A stretch of 64,000 bases of DNA from the human T2T-CHM13v2.0 reference genome, Homo sapiens. Below are positions 40,386 to 60,828 of the stretch, in pieces. Below the pieces are notes generated by a model. It searched no databases. It worked only from the letters and a program-made list of their open reading frames with translations, and was not told the origin of the DNA. Both the position numbers and the translations under genes were made by a program. Location of the stretch: NCBI RefSeq assembly GCF_009914755.1, contig NC_060934.1, one strand, 5' to 3'. How positions within the stretch are numbered: the first letter of the stretch is position 1; every line of letters begins with the position of its first letter.

Positions 40386-40689
40386 ATGGTGTACTGACCT
40401 AGCTTATGAACTCAGCTGTATCATTGCCATCTGTGTATAACTGAGGTCTAAGTGGATGCAGCCCAAGTCTCAGGTTCAGAGTGGTCCTCTGAATGGAGTG
40501 GTCCTGTGTCAGTCAACATCATGATAAGACAGAGAAAGCATTGAAAAAGCATGGACAGTGTGTAGGGAACCCTTGTAGGTTTCTAGTGCTATATGCCTTC
40601 TGCTCACCACCTTTCTCCATTCTTGTTGACTGGCACACAGGCAGTTTCCCAGGACAAGCAACAATGGGCCACCTTGCAACCCTGGGCCT

Positions 40690-41392
40690 GTAAAGAAAAA
40701 GATGGCTTTGTGCAGAAGGTCACCTGCAGAACCTTGGTTGTGGGATGTTGTCAGTCAGCCCGTGGCCACGTTGCAGGGTGGAACTCTGGGGATTGTATTC
40801 TCTATCTGCTATAACTTAGACATGGTTTGTTTGTCCCCACTAAATCTCATGTTGAAATTTGGAGGTGGGGCCTAATGGGAAGTGTTTGGGTCATGTGAGC
40901 AGATCCCTCATGAGTAGGTTAATGCCCTCCTTCAAGGTGAGTGAGTTCTCTATTAGTTCTCATGAAAGTTGGTTGTTAAAAAGAACCCAACATCTCCCCT
41001 CTCTTTCTTGCTTCCTCTCTTACCATATGATCTCTGCACACACTGTTTCCCTTTCACCTTCTACCATGAGTTGAAGCAGAAGCCCTCACCAGAAGCCAAG
41101 CAGATGTTGGTACCTTGCTTCTTGCACATTCTGCAGAACTGTGAGCCAAATAAACCTCTTTTCCTTATAAATTAGCCAGCCTCAGATATTCCATTAGAGC
41201 AACACAAAATGGACTAAGACAGCAACCTGTCTCCCTCCCTCTGGTCTCTGGCTGCATCTCCTGCTGGAAGCCAGGGAGCAGGGGCTAATGTCTTTGAGCT
41301 GTTCTCTGATGTTACTGATTGATACAAGTCAGCCAGAATTATGAAGGAGTTAGGTATAGGGCTAGAAGGGAAAGTAGAAGGTATCTAGCACC
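40690..41392 (-). mobile_element. Old ERVL LTR (LTR41-like), split by an MST
   Basis: GGAAGCCAGGGAGCAGGGG…GAAGGTATCTAGCAC resembles the LTR41 end; similar sequence continues left of the MST. Confidence 0.45.
40807..41221 (+). mobile_element. MSTB-like MaLR solo LTR
   Basis: TG…AAATCTCATGTTGAAATTTG…AATAAACCTCTTTTCCTTATAAATTA…GGACTAAGACA. Confidence 0.88.
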
Positions 41393-42055
41393 ATGAACTT
41401 GTAAGAGTTCCTTCCTTTGATTGCCATATCTTATATTTCAACTTGAGATTAAAGTCTATACTTTATTCATACAGCTGGAGGGTGAACTGGAATTTGTTCA
41501 CAACTGTGTTGTGGACATATTTCAGACATGACAATGATTTTCATTGGCCTGTCATGCCAAGTAGATCTTTTCATATAGATGTGGCTCTGGCTCCCTGCTT
41601 ATAGGGTTTGGGACAGAGTTACCCTTCCATTGAGTGTGGTAACCTACTTGTTACTCCTTCCCCATCTGCAGGAATTCAACTCCTTGTATGAGGCATTGCC
41701 TCAAGATGAAGAGCTTCCAGCTCCCCACCTGGTGTCCCTAAGTGGCAGCAGAGGCTGCTGCTGTATTCCTGAGTCCTAGTTTTATGCATCCATTTGTCTC
41801 AGATCTCATCAGTCCTTCCTCTTCAATTGATTCAAGGCCTCAACCCCAAATGCTTCCTGCATTGCTCTGCAGCACCCTCCAGCCCTACTGATGCCCATCA
41901 AGTCATAGGAATCACACTTGTCCTCTATGGAGACCCAAACATTAAATAATTAAAACAATGAGAGAAGATTTGGGAAGCAAAGTCGATGCACTTTTCTGCA
42001 TAGCCACAGAGCTGAGTCATCTAAGCTCTGTACAGATTCATCAATTGAAATTGTC

Positions 42056-42429
42056 TGTGATGGTTAATTTTCTGTGTTAACTTGGCTTGGCAATGGTGCC
42101 CAGTTGTTGTCAAATATCAGTCTACATGTTGCTGTGAAGTTATTTTTTAAACGTGATTAACATTTAAATTGGCAGACTTTGAGTAAAGCTGATTACCTTC
42201 TATAGTGTGAGTGGCCCTCACCCAATCGTTGAAGATGTTAAGAGAGAAAACTGAGATCCCTCAAAGAGGAAGGAATTCTGCCTCCAAATTGCTTTCCTTT
42301 GGGCTTGAGTTGCAACATTAACTTTTTCCTTAGTATCTGGCCTGCTGACCTGCCCTGCATATTTAGGACTTGCCAGCCCCTACAATCACATGGGCCAATT
42401 CCTTAAAATAATTATCTCTCTCTGTCTCC

Positions 42430-42432
<3 letters not shown>
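42056..42432 (+). mobile_element. MLT2C/D-like LTR
   Basis: TGTGATGGTTAATTTTCTGTGTTAACTTGGC…GCCAATTCCTTAAAATAA. Confidence 0.85.
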
Positions 42433-42476
<44 letters not shown>

Positions 42477-42480
42477 CGTA
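42433..42480 (+). repeat. (TG)19 plus CGCGCACGTA alternating tract
   Basis: 48 nt of uninterrupted pyrimidine-purine alternation. Confidence 0.95.
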
Positions 42481-43074
42481 GGGTTTTCTTATTATGTTAA
42501 ATTAATAAGTAAATTTCGATTTAAAAGAATTATCAGCTTTAATTTCTATGATGGAAAATCTTCAGATTTTCATACTGAGATTAAAACATGTTTGGGAATG
42601 TGGATGTATACCCTAAGGTGTAAATGGGGAATGTTTGTAAAGTACTCTGACATCATCTGACATGGCAGCTCCCCAGCCATGGTGGTGGTGATAGAAATAT
42701 AAATGGTGACAGCAGCAGCAGTGTGATAGTCACGGTGGAGGGAGATTGCTTTTCTGCAGCCATGCTTCTGGCATCTCCCAACCTGGGTGGGACCCAGCTG
42801 AAGATCTGCAGAGAAACCAGCCATTTCTGAGAGCAAGGCAATCAGTGGGCATTTACTGGAGGGTGTCTAGGTTCTTAACATCTCACTGTTATTTGGGCTC
42901 ATGGGATCATAAGAATGACAAAATAAAGAGAAGTCCTCATTTCTGACCACAAGAAGCTTGACACAATTCCAGTAAGTCTTGGATTGAAAGGAGAGACATG
43001 TTTTCATGTGTTTATATTCCCTTAACAACCAATATACCTTGACATTGAAGAGCCAAGATGTGAGTGGGAGGTAG

Positions 43075-43505
43075 TGCTATGGTTTGTATGCATTTCCCAA
43101 AGTTTATGTGTTGGAAACTTAATCCTCAATGCAATGGTGTTGAGAGGTGGGACTTTTAAAAAGTGATTAGGTTATGAGGGCTCTGCACTTATAATGGATT
43201 AATGCTGTTATCATGGGAGATCATGGGAATGGATTCCTAATAAAAGGATGAGCTTGGCCCCCTTTTCGTCTCTCTATTTATCTCTCTCTTTCTCTCTCCA
43301 CCTCTCTTGTGTGTGCACACATTTTCTTGGGCATATGTGCCCTCTTGCCCTTCCACCTTCTTCCATGAGATGATGTAGCAAGAAGGTTCTCACCAGATGC
43401 CATCCCCTTGACCAGTCTCCAGAACTATAAGAAATAAATCTCTGTTTTCTATAAATTACCCAGTTTCAGGTATTCTATAATAGCAGCACAAAATCAACTA
43501 AGACA
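43075..43505 (+). mobile_element. MSTC-like MaLR solo LTR
   Basis: TGCTATGGTTTG…GTTGGAAACTTAATCC…ATAAATTACCCAGT…ACTAAGACA. Confidence 0.88.
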
Positions 43506-44777
43506 GTGGAGGAGTAGGAGTCTGAAATAGTTTGACATTTTAGTGGACAGTCAGAAAGTATTGTACCAAATGCAGGTGGTACAGAAAGTGAACTTCCTCA
43601 GAAAAAAAAAAAAGTAAGATACTGTTGACATCTTATAGAGCTCAGTCTCTGCCAGCATTGATGAAACCTCATGAGATCCAGATGGCTTCAAAACTGACTA
43701 CAAGCAAGGTGGCTGGTGCAGTGGCCCACCTCTCCTGTAAAATAGGACAGACTCTCCCTTGCGAATAAACATACTGTTTGAAAAGTAAAGTGCAGCTTAA
43801 ATCCCAATGGGAAGTTCAGTGCCAACAGCATGGTTATGGTGAATCCCATTTTAAAACAAAGTCTTTTTGGAAAGTTGCGTATTTCAGGTTGCAAGTCCGG
43901 TCCTATCACTCACTGCCTTAGTCCACCACAACTATGTTGCAGAGAGAAAGGATTCATTCATTCATTGCATATAATTTCAGAGGGTTGCTTTGTAAAACAC
44001 CTGCTCTGAGCTGGAGGTGGATATAGCAAGTTGGAACACGTTGACTTATTTAGTTTCCAGTAACCCTTGGTAATGACTGCAATAAAGACAAATCCAATTA
44101 GCCTGGCCCAGAAGGGTGGCTCCTCTCATGGATGCAGATGAGCTGAGTGGGAGCTCAGAGGATTTCTTTTGCAATTAGAATTTGAGGGCAAGCGAAGTTC
44201 TGCCAAAAACCCAGCCCAGTGACCCAAACGAGGTGGTCAGCCTTCTTGGGGGCAGCTCAGCTTTCCCGTAGGCAGCTCAGCCTCTGGAGGCCCCTGACAC
44301 TCTAGGCTGAATCACTTGTCCCATATGGCTTTCAGTTCTGGTTTTCAGGTAGCCTAGAAGGGAAACATGCAACAGAAGCTGTCTGGACTGTGGATCTCAA
44401 ACCAGCACTGCATACTTGGCCCCTTTGTGCAGAGCCCAGGCTGCATGCTGTACATGGGATGGTGGCATGTGGGAGATTTTGTTGCACACAGATAATAAAG
44501 TGGTAAAGAATCATTCGATAGGCAGTTAGGCCAGCGAGTAGGAGTTCATAAAGTGGGAGAGGAAATTATCCATTCCTGTGGGACAAAAAATTTTGGTCCT
44601 GGAGAAAATGAATGCGACAAATTGTTCTAATTCAGGGGCTGTTCCTTCTTCTACACTAGACCAGGGGTCTTAAAAGACAGAGGCCAGGTCTTTGTCACAC
44701 TTGTGTCCACAAGGCTTGGTGCATAGTAAGTTCTCTATGAATATGTGTTTGCTGAACTCAATTGGAACTTAAAAAAA

Positions 44778-45250
44778 ATGTTTTATTTGGAAATTCAAAC
44801 TTAAAGAATAGATTCAAGGAAAAGTAAAGAGAACAACTGTATATATTTGACTCAGATTCACTATTGTTTGTTGAAATTTCATTTGCACGTGCTTTTGTCT
44901 CACTTTCTCTCTTTTTCTATATTTGTAATATTATTTTTTCCTGAATCATTTGAGAGAAGGTTGCATATATCATGGTTGTTTATCCTCAAATGCTTTAGTG
45001 TGTGTGTGCTAAGAATAAACATATAACTAACCTCAGTAAATTTAACATTAACCCAGTACTTTATCTGTTCTATCACTGGTATTTCAACAGTCTTAATTAT
45101 CCCAAAATATTACTTATAACTTATGTTCTCCTTCCAGTATAGTAGCTGCTCTGGGATCAGGTATTGTCAAGTCTCCTTCCACCTATTAATAGAACATTTC
45201 CATAGCCTTTCTTTGTCTTTTATGACATAGATATTTTTTACAAATACACT
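44778..45250 (-). mobile_element. L1MC4-like 3' end
   Basis: TTTTTCCTGAATCATTTGAGAG…CTAAGAATAA…AAATTTAACATT motifs. Confidence 0.6.
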
Positions 45251-45299
45251 CATCAATTTTTCTGTACTGCAATGAGTATATATATTATAGATAAGAGTT

Positions 45300-46711
45300 T
45301 GACTTTTTTGCCCACTGTGCCTCAGACAGTAAATCTCTCCAAGGGCTCACTCAGTGTCTGACTTATTGTCATGGGATCTTGAATAAAATAGCATCATCTT
45401 GGACCAAGAGACCAACTTTATCACAAAGGAGATGACTCCAGGATCCACGAGTCCTACTATGCTGAATCTGCCAGAAGTTGCCTACCTGAATGCTTGAATG
45501 GTAACTTAAATGGGCAGCTAAGGGGCCAGCTTAGAGACGAAACCCTGGGAGTTTGAGGTACTCTTTTTCAAAATGCCATATTTTGAAATTGCTATTTGCT
45601 ATTATATGATGCTGTGTCCTTGAGAAAGAGAATACATGGATCTGGCAACCAGGAGTGTGTGTAGGTAGAACTGGCTTCTCTCATCATATACCCCAGGGAT
45701 CCAATGGGAAATGTTTTCTTCCTGTCCTTTTAACTTCAGGTTTTTTTTTTCGGGGGGTGGGGGTAGCGGTAGGGGGTTAGTGAGGATCTTCTAGCAGAGA
45801 ATACCTTACAAGGATACCACTAAATCTAAAGCTCCAACTACCTCCTGGTCACTTCGGGCTCCTCCTGACACTAGTCCAGCAGGCAAAAAGGTTACTGAAC
45901 TGGCAGGGGTAATTGCCACAGATTGTCATGAGGAGTTATGGCAGCTACTACATAATGGGGTAGGAAAGGTGTCTTAGTCTATTTGTATGGCTATAACAAA
46001 ATACTCGAGACTGGGTAATTTATCAAGAACAGGAATTTATTTCTCACAGTTCTGGAGGCTGGAAAGTCCAAGATCAAGTTGCCAGCATTTGGTGCCTGGT
46101 GAGAACCTTCTTGCTGTGTCCTCACATGGCAGAAGGCTGAAGGGCAAGAGGGGGATGAACAATGCGTCCTTTACATGGTAGAAGAGTGGAAGAGCTTTTC
46201 TATAAGAATCATAATCTATTCATGAAGTATGACCTAACCACCTTCCCAAAAGGCCCACCTCAATTAATTGAATTAAGTCTCAACATAAATTTTGGAGGTG
46301 AAACCATTATTCAAACCATAGTGGAAGTGTGTGTCTGGAAACCAGGTGATTCATTGGGAACATACTGGTGCTTCCATACCACTGATTACTGAAAACAGGC
46401 AATGGCAACAACCACAGTCTAATAAGGGCATGGTACCCAGGACTCAGATCTCTTTAGAAACGAAGGTCTGGGTTACCCACCATGCAAGCAAACTAGAACA
46501 ATAGAAATGCTGACCAAGGGTGACAGGAATCTACAATAGGTGGTGCAGGAGGAGAAGATGAGTGTCCATTAGGTTTGAGACCAACTGCAGCAATTAAGTT
46601 GTAGCTTGTCCCACTAATACTCCCAATGCAAGCCTTTTAAAAAATATTTTTAATTGTGAGTGGTCACTACCTTGAAGGACATGGTGAACTTGATGTGCAA
46701 GAGAGTGGATT
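45300..46711 (+). mobile_element. ERVL-class internal remnant (ERV3-16A3-like) with decayed integrase
   Basis: Frameshifted translation CHGILNKIAS / LDQETNFITKEM / LNGNLNGQLRGQLRDETLG resembles ERVL integrase HGIPHNIASDQGTHFTAKEV…WNGLLKAQL; purine tract at ~46697-46709 precedes the LTR. Confidence 0.7.
45970..46323 (-). mobile_element. MST-family MaLR LTR inserted in the ERV remnant
   Basis: TGTCTTAGTC…TTTCTCACAGTTCTGGAGGCTGGAAAGTCCAAGATCAAG…ATTCAAACCATAG. Confidence 0.85.
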
Positions 46712-47116
46712 TGAGCTGGCACTGTACTTATATCCTTTGGCATTCCTCTAGACACCAAACTGTATACTGTGAGCAACTGTGACTCTCTCTGCCTGAAGAC
46801 ATCTCTTTGTTTGGTGAGCAGACTCAGTCTACTTTCATGGAAAATCAAAAAGTGCTGGAGATTTAATAATGGCTTGGGAGCAGCTCTGGGCCCATGACAG
46901 GTGGGGAGTTGGTGAAAAACACCAACTTTCTTGCATCTCCTAGGGTACCCTTCAGCTTCACTGGCCCTCAGTGGTAACTGCACTGAATGTGGATCCTTTA
47001 TTGGCTTTTTTCCATTCCCTGTATCACTTCCCTATTTTCATATCAGTATTTCCTGGGTTCACCTCTTAAATCTCCCTCTCTCAGGGTTTGCTTCTGGGAA
47101 CACCCAAGCTAAGACA
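46712..47116 (+). mobile_element. LTR16A-like 3' LTR
   Basis: GCAACTGTGACTCT…CAGTGGTAACTG…CTTCTGGGAACACCCAAGCTAAGACA. Confidence 0.7.
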
Positions 47117-47224
47117 CTTACATTAACTCCAGGCTCCAAAGTTCTAATGATTGTCCAGGTAGATTCATAAAGCTAAGGTACTTTTGCTTAATAATATTCA
47201 AAAGGACTATTAAGCAATACATCA

Positions 47225-49010
<1,786 letters not shown>

Positions 49011-49236
49011 TTTTTTATTTTTAACTAGTTTCAAGGAGTTCTTGCACACTATGGGGCTGTTGAAAGCTCTGAGTTATTTCAAAGGGAACAAAAAGATTAG
49101 TTGAGAAGCTGAACACATTCCACTGAGTGATAGTTAAACTATTTTCAATTAATTCAGGAACCACCAAACTACATAGCTATAACCACAGTAAGACTCTGGA
49201 GTGCACTTCATTTTTTTCTCATGAAGGAAAAAGGAC

Positions 49237-49969
<733 letters not shown>

Positions 49970-50752
49970 TATGATGTGGAGCTCTTGGGTCTTTTCTTGT
50001 CTCCTGTTTCTCTTTAGGTCCTGTTCTATAATTCCCATGTCACTTATCACAATGTGTGATTTCATGACTCAGGAAAATGTCCTGAGAATTTGGCTTGGGA
50101 TTTGCTCTTCTACTCCTCCCAAATATTTTTTTGTAAGCCACTTGCAATCTGATGTCAAATTTCTTTCTGCTTAAACTAGTTAGAAATGTTTGTTTTCTGC
50201 AACTGAGACTGATACCCTAGCCACCATGCCCCACCCTTAACATATATGTAAATCCTGGGAGACTGGGGACCATCGCTGCTTCTGCCACAGGATAAACACA
50301 ACCCAGGAAACTCCTGACTGCAGAGCCATCCTGCCTCTGCCATGATCTGAGCCAGCACCGTGGATGCTCCCCACCTCCCATCTCCCCTTGTAACTAGCAC
50401 GGCATTTATGTCTGTCATGCATGCACTGAATTGGTTGAACCTAAATCATATGCAGGACTCTAGATGCAGGAGAGTCTGAGGAATGATGTCGTTTTTGACA
50501 TTTGGGTCTCTGTAATAGAGCAAGGCACACAAAGAAGCTGGATTGGATGCCAAGTCAGCCAGCCTTAGCATCTGCCAGAGGTGGGAGGACATTTCTCTCC
50601 TGCCCTGGCCTTTGTCTAGAGGAGAAAACCCTCCAGGTGAATTTAGACATCCTCATTTCTTTAGAGTTCATAGTTTCTACTTTTGGCATACCGTTAGGTT
50701 CTGCCTCCCTCTCCCTCTTTGTCATCTAGCAGTTTTGGAGTTTGAGATTTAA

Positions 50753-50947
<195 letters not shown>

Positions 50948-51433
50948 TAGGCACTAGTCTAATCTTGTCTTTTATCTGATACATTTTTCTGGTTTTGATA
51001 TAAACTGGTGTTTTTACAGCACTAACAACTAGATCAGTGTGTACAGAGTAACCTAGAATTGGTTTTCAGTTCCAGGAGAGAATGTAGCAAGAGCTCTGTG
51101 CCCCAGGATATGCTGGTGTAAAACAGAAAGCTGTGGTGTGTATTAGCATTGATTTCTCCTTTTGTGCTCTAAAGACAAGTTTCTTAATTGGATAGGGTCT
51201 GGGCTTAATGAGGCCGTCAGCCACATTTTACTCATATACCGGCCTCTCGACTCTGCAGCTGTCTTATTTCCTGCTGCCCATTTTTCTCCTTGCTTTCTTC
51301 AGGCCTCAACGCTCCTGTTCTTTATCCCTTCCTTCTTCCTCTCCAAACCAGTCTTCAGGAAAAGATCTGGTATCAGCCATTCCCACCTTGACAGAAACTG
51401 GAATCAATGAGTGCATTCTTCCAGTTGTTTGCA

Positions 51434-51741
51434 TTTATTTATTTATTTTTGTTTATTTGTTTGAGATGGAGTCTCTGTTACCTAGACTGGAGTGCGGTGG
51501 TGGGGTCTTGGCTCACTGCAACCTTTGCCTCTGAGGTTCAAGTGACTCTCCTCCTGCCCTCCCAAGTAGCTGAGATTATACGTGTGTACCACCACGCGTG
51601 GCTAATTTTTTTTGTATTTTTAGTAGAGATGGGGTTTCACCATATTGGCCAGGCTGGTCTTGAACTCCTGACCTCAAGTAATCCATCCTCCTTGGCCTCT
51701 CAAAGTGCTGGGATTATGGCCGTGAGCCACCGCGCCTGGAC
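51434..51741 (-). mobile_element. AluS
   Basis: Full antisense Alu. Confidence 0.92.
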
Positions 51742-52005
51742 AAAAGCATTGTTCTTAATGGAAAAAATATATCAACTGAAGGGTTTTGTTTTTTTTAAAA
51801 AACAACTCCTATATGTCAACCACATTAAACCTGGCTACATAGCATTATGATACTCCTGACTACCTGGGGAAGCTCAACTTTCCACATAGACCATTACCAA
51901 AGTTGGCACTGAGCAGAAAACAGGAGATAGTGTCCATGTGGGAAGGGTGTGTGATTCTCCTTGTCAAGGGTTTCAGGATCATTCTTCAGTATGCACCTGT
52001 GGTAC

Positions 52006-52724
52006 TGAAACCAGTCCAAGAGTCCCAGAAACAGTTGTTTTTGGATAAACATTGAAATGGACCCTTCTGTTATTAAAGCTTGAAACTTGTATTTTTTTTA
52101 TCTGAGTTCCTTCCTCAGGAAAGGACCTTCAGTCCTCTAAAAACAGGTATCAGCCAGGCCCGGTGGCTCATGCCTGTAATCCTAGCACTTTGGGAGGCTG
52201 AGGTGGGCAGATCACGAGGTTAGGAGTTCGAGACCAGCCTGACCAACATGGAGAAACTCCATCTCTACTAAAAATACAAAAATTAGCTTGGCATGGTAGT
52301 GTGCGCCTATAATCCCAGCTACTCAGGAGGCTGAGGCAGGAGAATTGCTTGAACCCAGGAGGCGGAGGTTACAGTGAGCAGAGCCGAGATTGCGCCATTG
52401 CACTCCAGCGTAGGCAACAGAGCGGAGACTCCGTCTCAAAAAAAAAAAAAAAGTATCAAAGAACTGAAACTCATGGGTTCAGGGTAGCAGATGCCTCTGT
52501 GCCTTTCCCTAGTTCCTGTTTTCTTACACATTGTTACATTTCTTCCCTGCTATATTAAAGCCTGGTTTTAGTCAGGGAGATGGATTTGAGACTGAGCACC
52601 CATGTGCTTGGTTGCAGCACCCTATTAAAGCCTTCTTCCTTGGCAATAGTTGAAATCTCAGTGAATGGCTTTCTGTGCAGCAAGCAGCAGTACCTGGATG
52701 GAAACTGTGGTGTCTCTAGTAACA
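52006..52724 (+). mobile_element. LTR47B-like solo LTR, split by an AluS (52152-52452, +)
   Basis: TGAAACCAG…ATCTGAGTTCCTTCCTCAGGAAAGGACC…GGAGATGGATTTGAGACTGA…GTAACA; the Alu is flanked by GTATCA repeats. Confidence 0.8.
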
Positions 52725-52862
52725 GTATACTGGTCAACCAGGTCTCTCTGGGAAAAAATAGCTGACATTTGTAGCATTTGTTGATATTCATGGTATAAAT
52801 ACATGTAGCAGATTTCAAGCTACCAATAGTGTAACAACTGGTTCATAGTACTCCTGTTTATC

Positions 52863-53058
52863 AGCCAGACAGGATGGCTTATGCCTGTAATCCCAGCTCT
52901 TTGGGAGGCCAAGCATGGTGGTGGTGTAATTCCAACTACTTGGGAGGCTGAGGCAGGAGAATCACCTGAACCCTGGAGAGGGAGGTTGCAGTGAGCCAAG
53001 GTTGTGCTACTGCACTTCAGCCTGGGTGACAGAGCAGAGACTCCATCTCAAAAAAAAA
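52863..53058 (+). mobile_element. Internally deleted AluS
   Basis: Left-arm start fused to the right arm at GGGAGGCCAAG|CATGGTGG. Confidence 0.85.
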
Positions 53059-53275
53059 GTATTTCTGTTTACCAATCAGTTCGTTCACTGAGAAAGTCTT
53101 AGGGGTTTATTTTACAATAGAATGTTCTTTAAAGATGGTATTTAGGGATCACACCCATCTCACCTGTTTATTATAACAGACATGACTAGAGGCATTGCTT
53201 CTCAATATTACATATGTGTTAGGAGCTGTATGAAATCATTATTGATCATGGTGGCCAATGGCTAATATGTCTTGA

Positions 53276-53790
<515 letters not shown>

Positions 53791-53854
53791 TCTCTTGTAT
53801 ACTGTATGGTGCATGACATTTGACTGTAATTTGATGCTCATTGAGGCAGGCTCA

Positions 53855-54945
<1,091 letters not shown>

Positions 54946-55239
54946 ATGCATATGGGGCCATACACAGTTATTCTTTTCTACATCATGATGTCTTGAAGTT
55001 TAGTGGGCATCAAAATCACCAAGTTTCAAAAATACAGATTTATGTCCTCTCCTCCCAATATTCTGATCCAAAAGGTCTGGGTTGGCTCTAGAATCCATAT
55101 TTTATAATAATGCAGCTGAATCTGATGCAGAGGCTCAGGGAACACTTGGAGAGGCCCTGGTCTAGATCTTCTGAGTCCTACCCTTACATGAAGATTGGTC
55201 AACAGATATGAATACATTCAGACCTGTAGAATCAACCCT

Positions 55240-55528
55240 GCTCGGGCGCGGTGCCTCACGCCTATAATCCCAGCACTTTGGGAGGCCAAGGTGGGCAGAT
55301 CACCTGAGGTCGGGAATTTGAGACCAGCCTGACCAACATGGTGAAACCCCGTCTCTATTAAAAATACAAAATTTAGCTGGGTGTGGTGTCGGGTGCCTGT
55401 AATCCCAGCTACTCGGAAGCTGAGGTAGGAGAATCGCTTCAACCCTGGAGGCGGAGGTTGTGGTGAGCCGAGATCTCACCATTGTTGCCTGAGCAACAAG
55501 AATGAAACTCCGTCTCAAAAAAAAAAAA
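55240..55528 (+). mobile_element. AluSq/Sp-like
   Basis: GAGGTCGGGAATTTGAGACCAGCCTGACC; flanks AGAATCAACCCT / AGAGTCACCCT. Confidence 0.92.
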
Positions 55529-56092
55529 GAGTCACCCTGGCTCAGCCGCAAGTCATTAGTCTCCCTGCTTGGTTTTTATCAAAGGCCCAAACAAGAAACA
55601 GCTATATAAGGAAATGTGTTTTCACTCATTTTGATTTAATAATAAATTCCTTTTAGAATTTTAGCGTGAAAAAGCTATTATCTGAAAAGAGAGTCATCAC
55701 ATTTTTTTCCCTTAGTCCCTATGATGCTCAAAATAAGCTAAATGTAGTGTTCAATAAAAATCTTTTCCCACCCCTGGTTCTTGGCATAATTATGACTGCC
55801 TTTTTCTCCATAGTTTCTGATGCCTCAGCTTTTATTTTAAAGTACCTTAAATCCTTTTTGGAAATGCACAATGTGTAACAAAGCAAAAAATAGATAAAAC
55901 ACAGAGAAATCTGTTACGTATCATTACACTAACAAGAGACTATCTCTTGGTCCATCCAAAGTTGTGGACTAGTAGGGACTTTAAAGCACAGTTTTACCAT
56001 ACCATTTCTTCTGCCCTTTAACATCAAATTCCCCTTTCTGCTACCTTCATTAGCATAGGACTGACCAGACCATCAGTAAACAATAAGCAATG

Positions 56093-56632
<540 letters not shown>

Positions 56633-56743
56633 TCTCATCTGTTCTTTCTTCCACTTGTCCCCACTCCCTGGAATGTTGCAATTCCAACCCTGCAGCTACA
56701 GAGTTCTCAGGTATCTATGAAGCCCCTTTCAGGAGGTCGTCAC

Positions 56744-57746
<1,003 letters not shown>

Positions 57747-57999
57747 TCACTTTATTTTCCCATCAGCCTCCCCAATCTTAATCAGGGGCTCTGTATCTTT
57801 CAACCTCTTAGCATACACTTATTTTATACAGTAGGTGTCTCTTATTAGCTGTAAGGAATTGATAATATGAAACTTAGAGCTTCAAATGAAAGCCCCTATG
57901 TGAGGAAGCATAAGAGAGGCCGGCTAAGGAATTTACTGTGATTTAACTCCAAAGTCTCCAAGCAGAACATGTTTTTCACTGTCCGTGAATGCGTCTGTG

Positions 58000-58043
58000 C
58001 TAACATACTGAAGGACTGAGAGGACTAACATACTGAAGGACTG
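58000..58043 (+). repeat. 19-bp direct repeat (25-bp period)
   Basis: CTAACATACTGAAGGACTG at 58000-58018 and 58025-58043. Confidence 0.9.
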
Positions 58044-58699
58044 TGGGCACCAGGAAGAATGTGCCCCCCACTGCTGACACCTCCTTCCAGACATTTCTGC
58101 ACTTCTGAAGGAACAGTGCATATTTCCTATTTGAAAAGCCCAAATCTGTAGCATCTTAAATGTAGTCTGCATCAGACTTCCTTTAAGTGGCACTTGGATT
58201 TCAGAGAGGGTTTGCATTGAGTGGAAACCCCAGGAGGACGCTAAGAGCTTTGGAAAGGTTGACATGGAACCAGTTATTTGCAGCATGAAGAGCTTCTGTG
58301 TAAGAAGGCTGGAGGAAGCTGGTAAGAAAGGAAACCATCTCACCTCAGTTTCATCTCAGACAACTGGGCATCTTTCAGATCCATAGCTGACCCTCAGGAG
58401 TGGAGAGGAGAAGCTATTCCAACAGTGTTCTAGGCATTTCCATAATCACCCCCAACCTCATGACAAAGAAGCCTGGCTAAACCCACCCCTGGAAACAAGC
58501 CCTTGGGATTACTTGTTTCCTGTGAAATCTCCAACACTTAGCATGGTGCCTAGCCCATCATAGGTGCCCAATAATTGTTGAGTAGATAAATGAATGAAAG
58601 ACAACCAAACAAAATGGCCAATAGAGCCATTTGGTCAAACTGCTTTAAGGATCAAATCAATCATAATTTTAGGCCAAATAAGCCTCTTGCTTGTGTTTG

Positions 58700-59003
<304 letters not shown>

Positions 59004-59301
59004 GCCTCCTGCTTGTTTTATTATGAAGACTAATTCAAGGTTTGATTAGGTCATGTGCTATTTTACTGTATTTATTTGAATAGTTTGGGTCCCAAGCACA
59101 GAATTTAGATCTTGAGGGCAGGGATTATACCTTATTTTGCCCTCCTCTTCATTCAAATGCCTGCTGATGATTCTATCAGGTAATTAGATAGAGTAATCTT
59201 GAGAGGTCAAATATTTAAATCCAATTTTTCTTTAGTAAATGATCTTTCTCCATTAATTATATTTAACACAGAGTATTTTGCCAATAGAAATAATCTCAAG
59301 T

Positions 59302-60828
<1,527 letters not shown>

